The notes: generated by a model not told the origin, from the letters alone. Shown: positions 19,363 through 30,153, counted from the stretch's first letter. The stretch is 38,749 bases of DNA from Candidatus Woesearchaeota archaeon (GCA_047603125.1 JBLKOU010000006.1:1-38749), one strand, 5' to 3'. Numbers and translations are program-made.

Positions 19363-19393
19363 ATTTAAAAAGTATTCGTTATTACTTCAAGAT

Positions 19394-19711
19394 ATGTCGC
19401 AACAACAGTACCCACTTATTGCAATGCCATATGTCTTTGAGACAATGACAAAAAGGTATGAACACGAACAGCAATACCTGCGTACACTTGATGCGGTGCT
19501 TGGCTTGCTTTCTTCTTCTCAAAGGCTTCCTTGTCTAACAACAATTGTTTCGCCGATGTATACATTAGCAAGCAAATATAGACAAATGGGCGAGGACACA
19601 TTAGCTGGTGATTGGACTTCCCTTGCCAAACTCGTCATAGATTCGCATCCTTGTCAAGATTGTGCACAGGCACGAGTGAAAAAATTACAAAAGAAAGAAG
19701 GTTTACGATGA
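19394..19711 (+). CDS. Hypothetical protein with HPCxxC motif (105 aa)
   Basis: Starts 30 bp after TATA; ATGA overlap with the GTPase gene; SHPCQDC. Confidence 0.7.
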   Translation: MSQQQYPLIAMPYVFETMTKRYEHEQQYLRTLDAVLGLLSSSQRLPCLTTIVSPMYTLASKYRQMGEDTLAGDWTSLAKLVIDSHPCQDCAQARVKKLQKKEGLR

Positions 19712-20946
19712 AAAAACTACCAGTAACTGTACTATCTGGCTTTTTAGGGTCAGGGAAAACAACGCTACTTAACCATATTTTAACAAATAGGCATGGATTA
19801 AAGGTTGCCGTTATTGTCAATGATATGTCTGAGATTAATATTGATGGCCAAATAGTTGAAAAGGGTGAAGCCAAGTTATCTCGAACTGATGAAAAGCTTG
19901 TACAAATGCAAAATGGCTGTATTTGTTGCACATTGCGAGAAGATTTACTTAAAGAAGTTGCAGATCTTGCAAAAGAAGGAAAATATGATTATCTTGTAAT
20001 AGAATCTTCAGGAATTTCTGAGCCGCTTCCTGTTGCAGCAACATTTACATTTGATATGGAAGATGGAAATCCTCTCAAAGATATAACACAACTCGATACT
20101 ATGGTAACCGTTATTGATGCGGGTTCTTTTTTTGATTATTATGACTCAACAAAATCACTCAAGGATATAAAACAACAAGTCAATGAAGAGGATGAGCGCA
20201 CATTAATAGACCTCCTTGTTGATCAAATTGAGTTTGCCAATGTCATTTTATTGAACAAATGTGATTTAGTGGACGAAAACACAAAAAAACAAATAAAAGC
20301 AATTTTACGCTCCCTTAACACTGATGCAAAAATTATAGAAACAACACGGGGAGGGGTGGATATCAAAGAAATTTTACACACGAAGCTATTTGACTTTGAA
20401 AAAGCATCACAAGCTTCAGGTTGGGCAAAGGAACTTCAAGGAAGCGGAATAGAGCATACACCGGAAACAGAAGAATATGGAATATCGAGTTTTACATTTA
20501 CTTCTCGAAAACCTTTTTCTCCAAAACGACTCTGGGATTTCTTTCATAAAAAACATCCGGGTCTTGTTCGAGCAAAGGGATATTTCTGGCTTGCAACGCG
20601 AGATAACGATGCCGGTTTTTTTTCACTTGCTTCTCGGCTAAAAGAATATAGCTTTGCAGGAAAATGGTGGAAGAGTGTTCCAAAACAAAAGTGGCCAGAA
20701 GATGCAAAAGAGATGATTGAAAGTGTTTGGCAAGAGCCTTACGGGGACTCACGACAAGAATTAGTGTTTATAGGGGTCGGATTGGATCAAGAAGTCATGA
20801 AAAAAGAACTTGAACAATGTCTTTTGAATTCTGATGAATTACAGTCTGATTGGAAATCCTTTGAAGATCCGTTTCCTTCTTGGAATCAGCAGGCGCAAGA
20901 ATTAGAAGATGCGCTCAAAGTACATGAAGATACATCCAAAAATTAA
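19708..20946 (+). CDS. COG0523/CobW-family zinc metallochaperone GTPase (ZigA/YciC-like)
   Basis: [74 protein letters not shown]. Confidence 0.95.
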   Translation: MKKLPVTVLSGFLGSGKTTLLNHILTNRHGLKVAVIVNDMSEINIDGQIVEKGEAKLSRTDEKLVQMQNGCICCTLREDLLKEVADLAKEGKYDYLVIESSGISEPLPVAATFTFDMEDGNPLKDITQLDTMVTVIDAGSFFDYYDSTKSLKDIKQQVNEEDERTLIDLLVDQIEFANVILLNKCDLVDENTKKQIKAILRSLNTDAKIIETTRGGVDIKEILHTKLFDFEKASQASGWAKELQGSGIEHTPETEEYGISSFTFTSRKPFSPKRLWDFFHKKHPGLVRAKGYFWLATRDNDAGFFSLASRLKEYSFAGKWWKSVPKQKWPEDAKEMIESVWQEPYGDSRQELVFIGVGLDQEVMKKELEQCLLNSDELQSDWKSFEDPFPSWNQQAQELEDALKVHEDTSKN

Positions 20947-21460
20947 GAAGCTTGGTTTTACTGCTTATGAACTGGGTTGTGAAATAAAACAATCTCTTTT
21001 TGGCTCATCTTCGGCCATTTTGGAGAGAACGTCACGTTTTGCAAAAGAGGAAGCTATGTTTTTTTCACGGAGTAAGCCTGTTTTGTTTGTTGGCAGTGGA
21101 TATTATCCTGAAAGTGCACTTGCTTTACGTCAAGATGGATTTACAGTAACACTTTTGGACAAAAACCGTTTTGCTCTTTATTGCTCAAAAAAATTTAGAT
21201 TTTCACAGACACGTGCAGATGCACAAACCTTTAACTACCATGATTATGATCAAATTATTGTCGCAGTCATGGTTAATAAAAAGGAATTGGTACTTCGTCA
21301 AATTTTACTAACGAATCCTGATGCAATAATTATACTAAGAAATGTGAACGATAACACCTATTATACACCTGCCAAAGAAATTCCAAAACAGCTAAAAACT
21401 ATGCACGTGATTACGCAGCCAGAAACGATTATGCATGCGCATGTTCTCAAAAAAATCTAA
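20924..21460 (+). CDS. Nicotianamine-synthase-like SAM-dependent enzyme (catalytic domain only)
   Basis: KEEA...[14 protein letters not shown]...TLLDKN...ADAQ...[17 protein letters not shown]...IILRN follows the NAS/CntL layout (E..., FIGSGPLPLT, DVxxxAALxxxK, xxR); overlaps the GTPase stop. Confidence 0.6.
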   Translation: MKIHPKIKKLGFTAYELGCEIKQSLFGSSSAILERTSRFAKEEAMFFSRSKPVLFVGSGYYPESALALRQDGFTVTLLDKNRFALYCSKKFRFSQTRADAQTFNYHDYDQIIVAVMVNKKELVLRQILLTNPDAIIILRNVNDNTYYTPAKEIPKQLKTMHVITQPETIMHAHVLKKI

Positions 21461-24084
21461 TGCACTTCAATCCATTTAAAGTGATTATTAAGCAATTTAA
21501 ACACATCAAAGACGGCAATAATAATAAGAGAAAGTAAACCTGCATAGAGCCAGTATATTCCTGGAACAGGTGCAGTCTCAAAAATGATGGCAAGTGGTGT
21601 GTACACAACTAAGAGAGTTATGAGTATTGCAATAATCGAGGCTGCAAGTAAATAGACATTTGCATTAAGGGGAAGACGTGTAACGGGATATCGAAACGAG
21701 CGAAAATTAAATGCATTTGTCACACCAAAAAAGACAATGGTAATAAATGCAAATGTTTGTGCCTGTTCGAGTGGCAGCTCTAATACATTGAGCATGTAAA
21801 CAAAAGAAATAACTGCAGTTATTATGACAGTAGCAGTTGCTAAAAAGAGCATGACGGCAAGATGTTTATCAACTAGTTGTGATCCTTTTCGTGGTTGTTT
21901 TTGAAGGACATCAAAGGATGGTGGATTAAATCCAAGCATTATTGCGGTAAGTTCATCGGAAAGTAAATTGATAAAGAGTATCTGCATTGCAACAAGTGGA
22001 AGAGGAAGCCCCATCATAATTGCCACAAAGACAAAGCCTAATTGTGCGAGTGTGATTGAAATTTGGTATACGGAGACTTTTTGAATATTCTTAAAAATTG
22101 TTCTTCCTTCAACAATAGCGCTGACAATCGTTGCAAAATTATCATCTTTTAATATCAGATCGGAGACTTCTCGTGAAACATCTGTTCCATTTTTTCCCAT
22201 TGCAATTCCAATATGAGATTCCTTTAGTGCAGGTGCATCGTTTACACCATCGCCAGTCATACTGACAATTTCACCTTGCTCTTTGAGTATTCGAACAATT
22301 CGAATTTTATGCTCGGGTCGTACTCGTGCAAAAATTTGGATACTGCCGATCTGATCTTTTAATTCTTCATCAGTCATGTCATCAAGCTCAAAACCTTCAA
22401 TAACGCGACCATGTAATCCGACCTGCTTAGCGACTGCGCCAGCCGTATTTTTATTATCCCCTGTAAGTATTTTTACTGCGATACCTGATTGCATACATTC
22501 GTGAATTGCCACCTTTGCCTCATCGCGTGGTGGATCTTCCATAACTGCAAATCCTAAGAATGTTAATCCTGTTTCTAGCTGCTTTTTGACTGTCGATTTT
22601 GTTTGTTTTTGTGCGAGTGCTAACACGCGGTAGCTTTGTGTTGTGTATGAGTCAACAATTGCAAGAAATTCTTTTTTCTTTTCATTAGTGAGTGCCCTAA
22701 CTTTATTTTTGTATCGGTAATGCGTACAACGATTCAGAAGTATCTCGGGGGCTCCTTTTGCATAGACATTGTTTTGTTTTTGTTCTTTTACAAGAACACT
22801 CATTGTTTTATTATGAGAACTAAAAGGGATTTCTTCAAGACGATCTGTAGTAAATGTGTCTTTGTAAAGCTGTGCTTTTGCACCTAAAACGAGCAATGCG
22901 GCTTCTGTTTGTGAGCCTCGAATTTTGTATTCATTACTGTCCAAATGCTTTTCAATGCCTGCGTCATTACAAATAATCCCTGCTTTGATGAGTGTGTGTA
23001 CATGGGGATAGGAATTTGGATCAATCTTTTTTTTCCCGATAGTAAAATCGCCGTTTCCTATATATCCTGCGCCACTAATTGCTACTGTATGTTCGGGTGT
23101 GAATAGTTCGCGAACAGTCATTTGTCCCTTTGTAATTGTCCCTGTTTTATCCGAGCAAATAACGGTTGTTTCTCCCAATGTTTCAATAATTGCCATACGA
23201 TTGACAATGGCATTTTTTTTGGCCATTCTTCGTGCACCGCCTGCAAGCGTGGTAATTAAAACAACGGGAAACCCTTCAGGAAACGCAGAAACGCTCAGTG
23301 CTATAACAACGATGAGAATTTCAATAGCAAGTTCTGTTGTCAGTGGTGCATCCCGAAATGCCATGACAAATCCTGTAATAATTGCAAAAAAAAGTGCGTT
23401 AATGGACATATATTTAACAATAGTATTGACTTTTTGCTGAAGTGGGATATCTTTTTGTGTTTGTGTAATCATACCTGCTATTTTTCCAAATTCCGTATTC
23501 ATGCCAGTATGAATGACTTTAATTTTACAATGTCCATTTACAACATATGTACCCATGAATACTTTATGTTTATCAATGATTTTTCCAGAATGCTCGCTTG
23601 GCGTAACAGTTTTATGTACTTCCTTTGCCTCTCCAGTAAGCATACTCTCATTCACTCGTAATTCTTTTTGTTCTAAAATTATTCCATCTGCAGGAACTTT
23701 ATCGCCCGTTCGCAAGATAACAATATCTCCGGGAACTAAATGATGTGATTCGACTTCTTGTTCTTTTCCATCACGAATAACAAGTGAGGTCTGTGTAATC
23801 ATATTTTTGAGTGCAGCAATGGACTTTTCTGCTCTATACTCCATGAAAAAGCCTACAACAACGACTACAACAATAACACCGACAATTGTGTAGGCTGTAA
23901 TTTCTTTTCCAACAAAAAATGAGAGAATCGCAGCAAATGTAAGAATATATATGAGAAAATTTGATTTTATCTGTCGAAAAAAAATTTTGAGCGCAGAATT
24001 TTTGCCTTTTTCATCTATTCGGTTCTCTCCAAATTGATGTAAAAGCTCACGAGCCTTTTTTTGTGTCAGGCCATTATATGACAT
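21457..24084 (-). CDS. Type II cation-transporting P-type ATPase (second paralog)
   Basis: LTGEA, FPEGFP, CSDKTGT, KGAPE, LTGDN, TGDGVNDAPALK. Confidence 0.92.
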   Translation of the reverse strand: MSYNGLTQKKARELLHQFGENRIDEKGKNSALKIFFRQIKSNFLIYILTFAAILSFFVGKEITAYTIVGVIVVVVVVGFFMEYRAEKSIAALKNMITQTSLVIRDGKEQEVESHHLVPGDIVILRTGDKVPADGIILEQKELRVNESMLTGEAKEVHKTVTPSEHSGKIIDKHKVFMGTYVVNGHCKIKVIHTGMNTEFGKIAGMITQTQKDIPLQQKVNTIVKYMSINALFFAIITGFVMAFRDAPLTTELAIEILIVVIALSVSAFPEGFPVVLITTLAGGARRMAKKNAIVNRMAIIETLGETTVICSDKTGTITKGQMTVRELFTPEHTVAISGAGYIGNGDFTIGKKKIDPNSYPHVHTLIKAGIICNDAGIEKHLDSNEYKIRGSQTEAALLVLGAKAQLYKDTFTTDRLEEIPFSSHNKTMSVLVKEQKQNNVYAKGAPEILLNRCTHYRYKNKVRALTNEKKKEFLAIVDSYTTQSYRVLALAQKQTKSTVKKQLETGLTFLGFAVMEDPPRDEAKVAIHECMQSGIAVKILTGDNKNTAGAVAKQVGLHGRVIEGFELDDMTDEELKDQIGSIQIFARVRPEHKIRIVRILKEQGEIVSMTGDGVNDAPALKESHIGIAMGKNGTDVSREVSDLILKDDNFATIVSAIVEGRTIFKNIQKVSVYQISITLAQLGFVFVAIMMGLPLPLVAMQILFINLLSDELTAIMLGFNPPSFDVLQKQPRKGSQLVDKHLAVMLFLATATVIITAVISFVYMLNVLELPLEQAQTFAFITIVFFGVTNAFNFRSFRYPVTRLPLNANVYLLAASIIAILITLLVVYTPLAIIFETAPVPGIYWLYAGLLSLIIIAVFDVFKLLNNHFKWIEVH

Positions 24085-24145
24085 ATAGTCTATTTATCTG
24101 GCTTTCTCTTTAAAAATATTCTTCTACACTCTCAAGAGACATCCA

Positions 24146-24898
24146 TTATACGATTTGATATTGTTTGAGGTTTCGTGTGGCATGACGACAAATCCATTGT
24201 GTGCTTGGGTGTTTTGAGGCCTTCCAAGCTTTTAGAAGTGGGAGTGTTTGTTTTGGGTTTACTTTGAGATAATCGGCAATACAATTTGCAACTGATTTTT
24301 GCACAAATTTGACTGGGTCTTCTTTGATAAGTTCAAGTATAAAAAAAATAGGTTTTGGATTGTCAATAAAGACATCAAGTTTTGTCGCCCAAGGAAGTTT
24401 AGGACGCAAACCCTCGCTTGCTAATCGTCGAAGATGAAAATCTGATGATTGTGCCCAGCGTTTTATTTTCTGAAGAGTTTTTTTTGGATGATGTCGTATA
24501 AAAGGGCGAATTGCATATTCACCGGTACAACGCTGTGTGATTTGCTCGATTGCATTAAGTGAGATGTCGACATGTTCTAACCCATAGATTTCTACAAATT
24601 TTGCAACAGGCAAGACCCAGTAGTATTGTGTGAACATACCAGTTTGATTGGGATTTGGTTCTCCTAAAATCCGTGTTAAGATGTTGATTGCTTGTGGATA
24701 TTCTTTTACGAGTGTACGTTTGAGTGCATTTGCATGTAATTCTACCCGTTGTGTGTATGTGAGTGGTCTGTATTGTTGTTTTATTGTTTGGACATATGTT
24801 TCCTGATCAAATTGCGGGTATACTTGAAGAATCTTTTCGCTAAGAAGGATTGCTAAATTTACTCCAAACCATTTTGTGATTCCGGTCTCCGTAGTCAT
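24146..24898 (-). CDS. DNA alkylation repair protein (AlkC/AlkD HEAT-like glycosylase)
   Basis: ITQRCTGEYAIRPFI, HLRRLASEGLRPKLPW, FVQKSVAN. Confidence 0.85.
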   Translation of the reverse strand: MTTETGITKWFGVNLAILLSEKILQVYPQFDQETYVQTIKQQYRPLTYTQRVELHANALKRTLVKEYPQAINILTRILGEPNPNQTGMFTQYYWVLPVAKFVEIYGLEHVDISLNAIEQITQRCTGEYAIRPFIRHHPKKTLQKIKRWAQSSDFHLRRLASEGLRPKLPWATKLDVFIDNPKPIFFILELIKEDPVKFVQKSVANCIADYLKVNPKQTLPLLKAWKASKHPSTQWICRHATRNLKQYQIV

Positions 24899-24942
24899 AT
24901 CGTTATACAGGAAGCAAGAATTAAAAATGTTTTGTCAAAGAA

Positions 24943-25137
24943 GTCTTTATTCAAAAAAGTGTAATGAAGAGCACCTTGCAGTAGGATTAGAAAATTTGGT
25001 GATTGTTTGAAAGCTTCTTTCAAACTTGAGGATGAAAATCCGAAAAGATGTAAGCAAATTTTCGCACGATTCTCAAAGCGGGACTCTTGAGCCAAATCTG
25101 CGTGCTCTTCTTTGAAAAATAATCGGTGGATGAAGTC
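24943..25137 (+). mobile_element. MITE-like element, family A, copy A3 (carries a family-B module)
   Basis: Ends GTCTTTATTCA / TGGATGAAGTC; flanks GTCAAAGAA (24934-24942) and ATCAAAGAA (25138-25146), 8/9; segment 25001-25046 identical to 27769-27814. Confidence 0.85.
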
Positions 25138-25213
25138 ATCAAAGAAAACATATGAGTAAATACAATTTGTTTTATTAAAGAAAAGAGATAAAAAAATAAA
25201 AGGGAAAAAGTGG

Positions 25214-25522
25214 TTAATCCACCATTTCAATTTCGATGTTCAAACCTTTAGGAATTTCGACACGCATTACCATTCGAAGCGCTCGTTCATCAACACCCAT
25301 ATCGATGAGTCTTTTATGAATTCGCATTTCATATCGTTCCCAACTTGCTTTTCCTTCACCATCTGGCGATTTTCGCGTAGTGATTTTGAGCTTTTTTGTA
25401 GGTAACGGAATGGGGCCTCGTACATCAACACCAGTTTTTTCAGCAATGGACTTTATGTAGTCACAAACCTGATTGATCTTGTCAATGTCGGTGCTTACTA
25501 ATTTAATACGTGCTTTTGGCAT
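25214..25522 (-). CDS. rps10: 30S ribosomal protein uS10
   Basis: [32 protein letters not shown]. Confidence 0.97.
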   Translation of the reverse strand: MPKARIKLVSTDIDKINQVCDYIKSIAEKTGVDVRGPIPLPTKKLKITTRKSPDGEGKASWERYEMRIHKRLIDMGVDERALRMVMRVEIPKGLNIEIEMVD

Positions 25523-25531
25523 TGTTGATCC

Positions 25532-26818
25532 CTAAATGTTTTTCTTTTTTACAGCCATACACATTCCTGCAGCAACTGTTGAACCTGAGTCTCGAATTGC
25601 AAATCGTGACATTTGAGGAATCTGTTTTGTTTCTTCAATAACTACAGCTTGAACCGGTTTTAATCGGACAATTGCAGCGTCACCATTCTTAATAAAGTCA
25701 GGGTTTTCTTCAACAACTTCTCCTGTTGCAGGATTGAGTTTCTTCTCAATTGCGACAAATTGACAAGCAATCTGTGCTGTGTGAATGTGGAAAACCGGCG
25801 TGTAACCAACAGTAATAACTGATGGGTGGTTGAGTACAACGATTTGTGCTGTGAATTCTTCTGCAACAGTTGGTACATTGTTTGTGTGTCCAACAACGTC
25901 TCCTTTTGCAAGATCTTTTGCTCCAAATCCTCGTGCGGAAAATCCGATGTTATCTCCAGGACCTACTTCTTGAACTGATTCGTGATGCATTTCAATAGAT
26001 TTAAGTTCTGCATTGACACCTTTTCCTTCACGTCCAGGAACACCAATTAATTTATCGCCAACTTTCATAATACCTGTTTCAACTTTTCCAACTGGAACCG
26101 CTCCAATACCTGTGATGTTATAGACATCTTGAATTGGTAAGCGAAGTGGCAAGTCAACTGGTCGTTGAGCCGGTTCTAAGCTATTAATTGCTTCAAGAAT
26201 TGTTGGGCCTGTGTACCAAGACATATTTTCTGATTTTTTCACAACATTGTCTCCTTTTAAGGAAGCAACTGGGATGAATTTCACAGTGTCTGGTTTGTAT
26301 CCAACAGATTTAAGTAATGTTGTAACTTCTTCTTTAACTTCGTTAAAACGCTTTTCGCTCCAGTCTTGCAAGTCCATTTTGTTAACTGCAATGATCATTT
26401 GCGTAACACCAAATGTTTTCGATAAGAAAACGTGCTCTCGTGTTTGTGCATTAATTCCGTCATTTGCTGCTACAACAAGTACACCTGCATCTGCTTGTGA
26501 TGCTCCTGTAATCATGTTTTTAACAAAATCCTTGTGACCTGGTGCATCAATAACTGTAAATTCGTATTTATCAGTTTCAAATTTCTTGTGTGCTAGGTCA
26601 ATTGTAACCCCTCGTTCTTGTTCTTCTTTCAAGTTGTCCATGACGTATGCAAATTCGAAACCAGATTTACCGAGTTGTTCAGCTTTATCTTTTAATTTTC
26701 GCATTGCTTGTTCGTCAATGTTACCTGAGTCGAACATCAAACGGCCTACCGATGTCGATTTTCCATGGTCTACGTGACCAATGAATATCAAGTTCATATG
26801 TTCTTTCTTTTTTGCCAT
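25532..26818 (-). CDS. tuf: Elongation factor 1-alpha (aEF1A)
   Basis: [41 protein letters not shown]. Confidence 0.98.
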   Translation of the reverse strand: MAKKKEHMNLIFIGHVDHGKSTSVGRLMFDSGNIDEQAMRKLKDKAEQLGKSGFEFAYVMDNLKEEQERGVTIDLAHKKFETDKYEFTVIDAPGHKDFVKNMITGASQADAGVLVVAANDGINAQTREHVFLSKTFGVTQMIIAVNKMDLQDWSEKRFNEVKEEVTTLLKSVGYKPDTVKFIPVASLKGDNVVKKSENMSWYTGPTILEAINSLEPAQRPVDLPLRLPIQDVYNITGIGAVPVGKVETGIMKVGDKLIGVPGREGKGVNAELKSIEMHHESVQEVGPGDNIGFSARGFGAKDLAKGDVVGHTNNVPTVAEEFTAQIVVLNHPSVITVGYTPVFHIHTAQIACQFVAIEKKLNPATGEVVEENPDFIKNGDAAIVRLKPVQAVVIEETKQIPQMSRFAIRDSGSTVAAGMCMAVKKKNI

Positions 26819-26947
26819 TTGCTGCCTCCATTTTCATAAATGGTAAACTATGGTGAGTGAAACATTGGCCTGTTTATAAAGATTATGGTTAAAAGCTTGC
26901 GAGAAACTTGCCTGAAAGTGAATCTTTGCTCAGATGATGGCGCGACA

Positions 26948-27658
26948 TTAGTCATGCACAAATGCAATATCTGCGACAAGGGCCAAATGGTCTGAAAATG
27001 CAACATCGCATGTCTGAAATTGCTTAATTATTATATCAGAAGTATGGAGTATGTAGTCAATGCACTTTTTCGGATTATATCGGGGAAAGGTTGGCTGGTG
27101 GTCTTTAGGTTTATAAGCAATCTGCTCAAAGAATGTCGAGAGAGTTTCAGGAGTAGTATTAAAGTCTCCAATGATGATTGCACCTTTTTTTGGAATAATT
27201 GTTGAAAGCTCTTGCAATTGCTGCTCTCGTGTCTTTTTTTGTAGTGCTAGATGAACTAAAAATACGGATAATGGTTTTGGTGCTTGTATATTCATTTCTA
27301 TGACAAGACGCTTCATACCTTTTGATAAATAATGTTTTTTATATGTACATTTGTGTTTACTGACAACACCATTTGCTTGTTTTTTTAAAATGGGAAGTTT
27401 AAGAAGCGATCCTGTGTATTTTGTGTCAAAAAATTGGTAATCGAAGACATTTCGAAAAAAAAGCGTTTGATCCCCTCGGATGAAGGATCCAGTATCTATT
27501 TCCACTAGTCCTATAATATCGGGGTCCTGCTCAAGAATCCATTGTTCAATTGCAGCCATATGTTTTTTTGTTTGAAAAAATTTCCAAAATTGTAGATAGT
27601 CACTTGTTTTGCCAGAAAGTCCTTGGCCATAACAGAGATTATAACAAACAATTCGCAT
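26948..27658 (-). CDS. Endonuclease/exonuclease/phosphatase (EEP) family protein
   Basis: MRIVCYN, PDIIGLVE, VHL, IIGDFN, IDYI, SDHLAL; start 30 bp after TATA 27688. The longer ORF-track start runs into the MITE. Confidence 0.88.
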   Translation of the reverse strand: MRIVCYNLCYGQGLSGKTSDYLQFWKFFQTKKHMAAIEQWILEQDPDIIGLVEIDTGSFIRGDQTLFFRNVFDYQFFDTKYTGSLLKLPILKKQANGVVSKHKCTYKKHYLSKGMKRLVIEMNIQAPKPLSVFLVHLALQKKTREQQLQELSTIIPKKGAIIIGDFNTTPETLSTFFEQIAYKPKDHQPTFPRYNPKKCIDYILHTSDIIIKQFQTCDVAFSDHLALVADIAFVHD

Positions 27659-27703
27659 ACCCTCTTTTCTTGAAAATTCATTTAAAAATGTTTGCATATG
27701 TTC

Positions 27704-27901
27704 GGGTTTTGTGTAAAAATTAAAAGAAATAAGCAATATTACCTTGATGCCTCATTACGACATGGCGCGATTGTTTGAAAGCTTCTTTCAAACTTGAGGA
27801 TGAAAATCCGAAAATATACAGTGCCTCGTCGGCAAGATACGCGAGTCCGAATTAATCGTAATATTGCTGTAAAATAAAAATTCGATTTTTTACATAAACC
27901 C
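27704..27901 (+). mobile_element. MITE-like element, family B, copy B2
   Basis: Ends GGGTTTTGTGTAAAAA / TTTTTTACATAAACCC; perfect 9-bp direct repeat CATATGTTC at 27695-27703 and 27902-27910; internal inverted repeat AGCAATATTA / TAATATTGCT. Confidence 0.9.
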
Positions 27902-27991
27902 CATATGTTCAGCTCCATCAAAAAATAAGTAAAAATAACATTTGCAGTAAAATAAGAAGTCTAAAAAAATATTGAAGAAAAAAGAAAAAAT

Positions 27992-30151
27992 TTACTCCAA
28001 TCCCTTTCGAGATCGGATTTGTTGGGAAACTTTCTTTTGCAATTCGTCTGGAAGTCGCTCAAAGTTCTGATCAACAAGTGAAGATGTTCCTCGTCCACCC
28101 GTTGCACTTCGAAGTTCGTTTGATAATCCAAACATTTCTGCTACAGGAAGTTTTGCTTTTACAACAACGTGATTTTCTTCTTGAATCATATCCAAGAGTT
28201 GTCCTCGTTTGTTTGAAACAAGCTTTGAAATTTCTCCCATGTAATCAACAGGTCCTTCAAATTGCAATGTTTGTACCGGTTCAAATAGTACAGGATTTGC
28301 AGTTGCAATCGTTCCACGAATACCATCTCGAACAGCCGGATAAACTTGTGCAGGTCCTCGGTGAATTGCATCTTCGTGAAGAACAAGATCATCCAAAATA
28401 ATCTTCATACCAATACATGGTTCATTTGCAACTGGTCCTTTTTTCATAACATCTTCAAACATATCTAAGATAAGTTCGATAATTTCGTTAATTTGAACGA
28501 TACCTCTTGTTGCATCAACAAACATATTTCCATTAATTACAGCTTTAATTTTATCTGCTTCTTTTGCATCCATTCCTGCATCGATATATTTTTGACGAAT
28601 GTCGAGATCTTTTTTCTTATATCGGTCTTGAGGAACTTCCCCAGTTTTAATCAAATGCTGAATTTCTTGTGAGAGAGGTTCACATCGAAAGTACAATTTA
28701 TTGTGTTTGTTTGGTGTTTTTCCTTCTGCAAGCTCACCTGTTTTTGTAATAGTCTCTCGGTAAACAACAATTGGTGGTGATGTTTTTACTTTCACATTCT
28801 TTTCTGTTTTAATTCGATTTTCAATGATTTCTAAGTGAAGTTCTCCCATACCCGAAATTAAGTGCTCACCTGTTTCTTCGTTAATTTGAATTTGAACTCC
28901 TGGGTCTTCTTTATTTACGATTTGCAAGACTTCAATTAATTTAGGAAGGTCGGATGCACTCTCAGCTTCAATTGCTTTTGTGATAACTGGATCAAAGATA
29001 TGTTTGAGTTCTTCAAATGGTTCTGTTTCAACACTACTAATAGTCTCCCCTGGAAATGATTTTAATCCTGCGATTCCAACGATGTTTCCTGATCGAGCAC
29101 CTGTAATGATTTCTCGTTTTGCACCATTTCTAATGAATACTTGCTGTATTCTTCCCTTCGTTCCTGGACTCATACTTTGAAATACTTCCATTCCTTTTTT
29201 GAGTGAGCCGCCAAATACACGACCTGTCGCAATTTCACCCGCTTGTGGGTCTACTTCAATTTTAGTAACGACGAAGACGAGTGGTTTATTTGGGTCACAG
29301 TCAAGAAGTCCTTTACCGACATCGGATTCTTTATCTCCGTGCCAGAGTCGTGGGATTCTATATTCTGCAGCCTGTTTTGGTGTAGGGTGATGTTTAATGA
29401 CTGAGTTAAGAACACACTCGTGAATTGGTGCTTGTTCTTTGAGCTTTTTATATTCGTCAGAGCCGTCACTATATGCTTCAATAATTTGTTTGAATGAAAT
29501 GCCCTTATCCTGCATAAATGGAATCGAAAGTCCCCAGTTATGAAATGCAGAACCAAACATAACTGAACCATCATCAACGCGAACTTTCCATTTTTCAGCA
29601 GTTTCATCCCCTGCAATTTTACGAATAAGCTCATTTACGCTTGCAATTGTTTTAATAAATCGTTGTTGCATTGCTTCTGGCGTTAATTTTAATTCTTTGA
29701 TCAAACGATCAACTTTGTTAATAAATAAAATTGGCTTTACACGTTCACGAAGTGCTTGTGTGAGAACTGTTTCAGTTTGAGGCATAATTCCTTCAACTGC
29801 ACAACATAAAACTACTGCACCATCAACTGCACGCATGGCTCGAGTAACGTCTCCACCAAAATCAACGTGTCCTGGTGTATCGATGAGATTAATAAGATAC
29901 TCGTTACCTTTAAATGTGTGAAGCATTGAAACCGATGCTGAATCAATAGTGATTCCTCGCTCAGCTTCATCTGCGTGAAAATCTAATTGTCTTGCCGAAC
30001 CTGCAAGCTCAGAAGACATCATCCCTGCTCCAAAGAGCAAGTTATCTGAAAATGTTGTTTTTCCATGATCTATGTGTGCACAAATCGCAATATTTCGAAT
30101 GTTATCTGGATGCGACATTGCCTCTACTATTCTATCACTTCGTGTAGCCAT
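27992..30151 (-). CDS. fusA: Elongation factor 2 (aEF-2)
   Basis: AHIDHGKTT, ERGITI, DTPGHVDFGG, NKVD, GMGELHLE, diphthamide-site HEDAIHRGPAQ. Confidence 0.98.
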   Translation of the reverse strand: MATRSDRIVEAMSHPDNIRNIAICAHIDHGKTTFSDNLLFGAGMMSSELAGSARQLDFHADEAERGITIDSASVSMLHTFKGNEYLINLIDTPGHVDFGGDVTRAMRAVDGAVVLCCAVEGIMPQTETVLTQALRERVKPILFINKVDRLIKELKLTPEAMQQRFIKTIASVNELIRKIAGDETAEKWKVRVDDGSVMFGSAFHNWGLSIPFMQDKGISFKQIIEAYSDGSDEYKKLKEQAPIHECVLNSVIKHHPTPKQAAEYRIPRLWHGDKESDVGKGLLDCDPNKPLVFVVTKIEVDPQAGEIATGRVFGGSLKKGMEVFQSMSPGTKGRIQQVFIRNGAKREIITGARSGNIVGIAGLKSFPGETISSVETEPFEELKHIFDPVITKAIEAESASDLPKLIEVLQIVNKEDPGVQIQINEETGEHLISGMGELHLEIIENRIKTEKNVKVKTSPPIVVYRETITKTGELAEGKTPNKHNKLYFRCEPLSQEIQHLIKTGEVPQDRYKKKDLDIRQKYIDAGMDAKEADKIKAVINGNMFVDATRGIVQINEIIELILDMFEDVMKKGPVANEPCIGMKIILDDLVLHEDAIHRGPAQVYPAVRDGIRGTIATANPVLFEPVQTLQFEGPVDYMGEISKLVSNKRGQLLDMIQEENHVVVKAKLPVAEMFGLSNELRSATGGRGTSSLVDQNFERLPDELQKKVSQQIRSRKGLE

Positions 30152-30153
30152 AT

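Noticed and set aside
25025..25046. Hammerhead ribozyme core (TTGAGGA...GAAA) in the shared module
   Set aside because: Does not match CUGANGA, no stem II can form between the motifs, and GGAT is used in the GGAT/ATCC hairpin.
8726..27921. Recurring short ORFs with similar peptides (8726-9052, 13926-14162, 24895-25230, 27739-27921)
   Set aside because: They are translations through the MITE copies. Starts are not conserved between copies, frames differ, and no transposase motif is visible.
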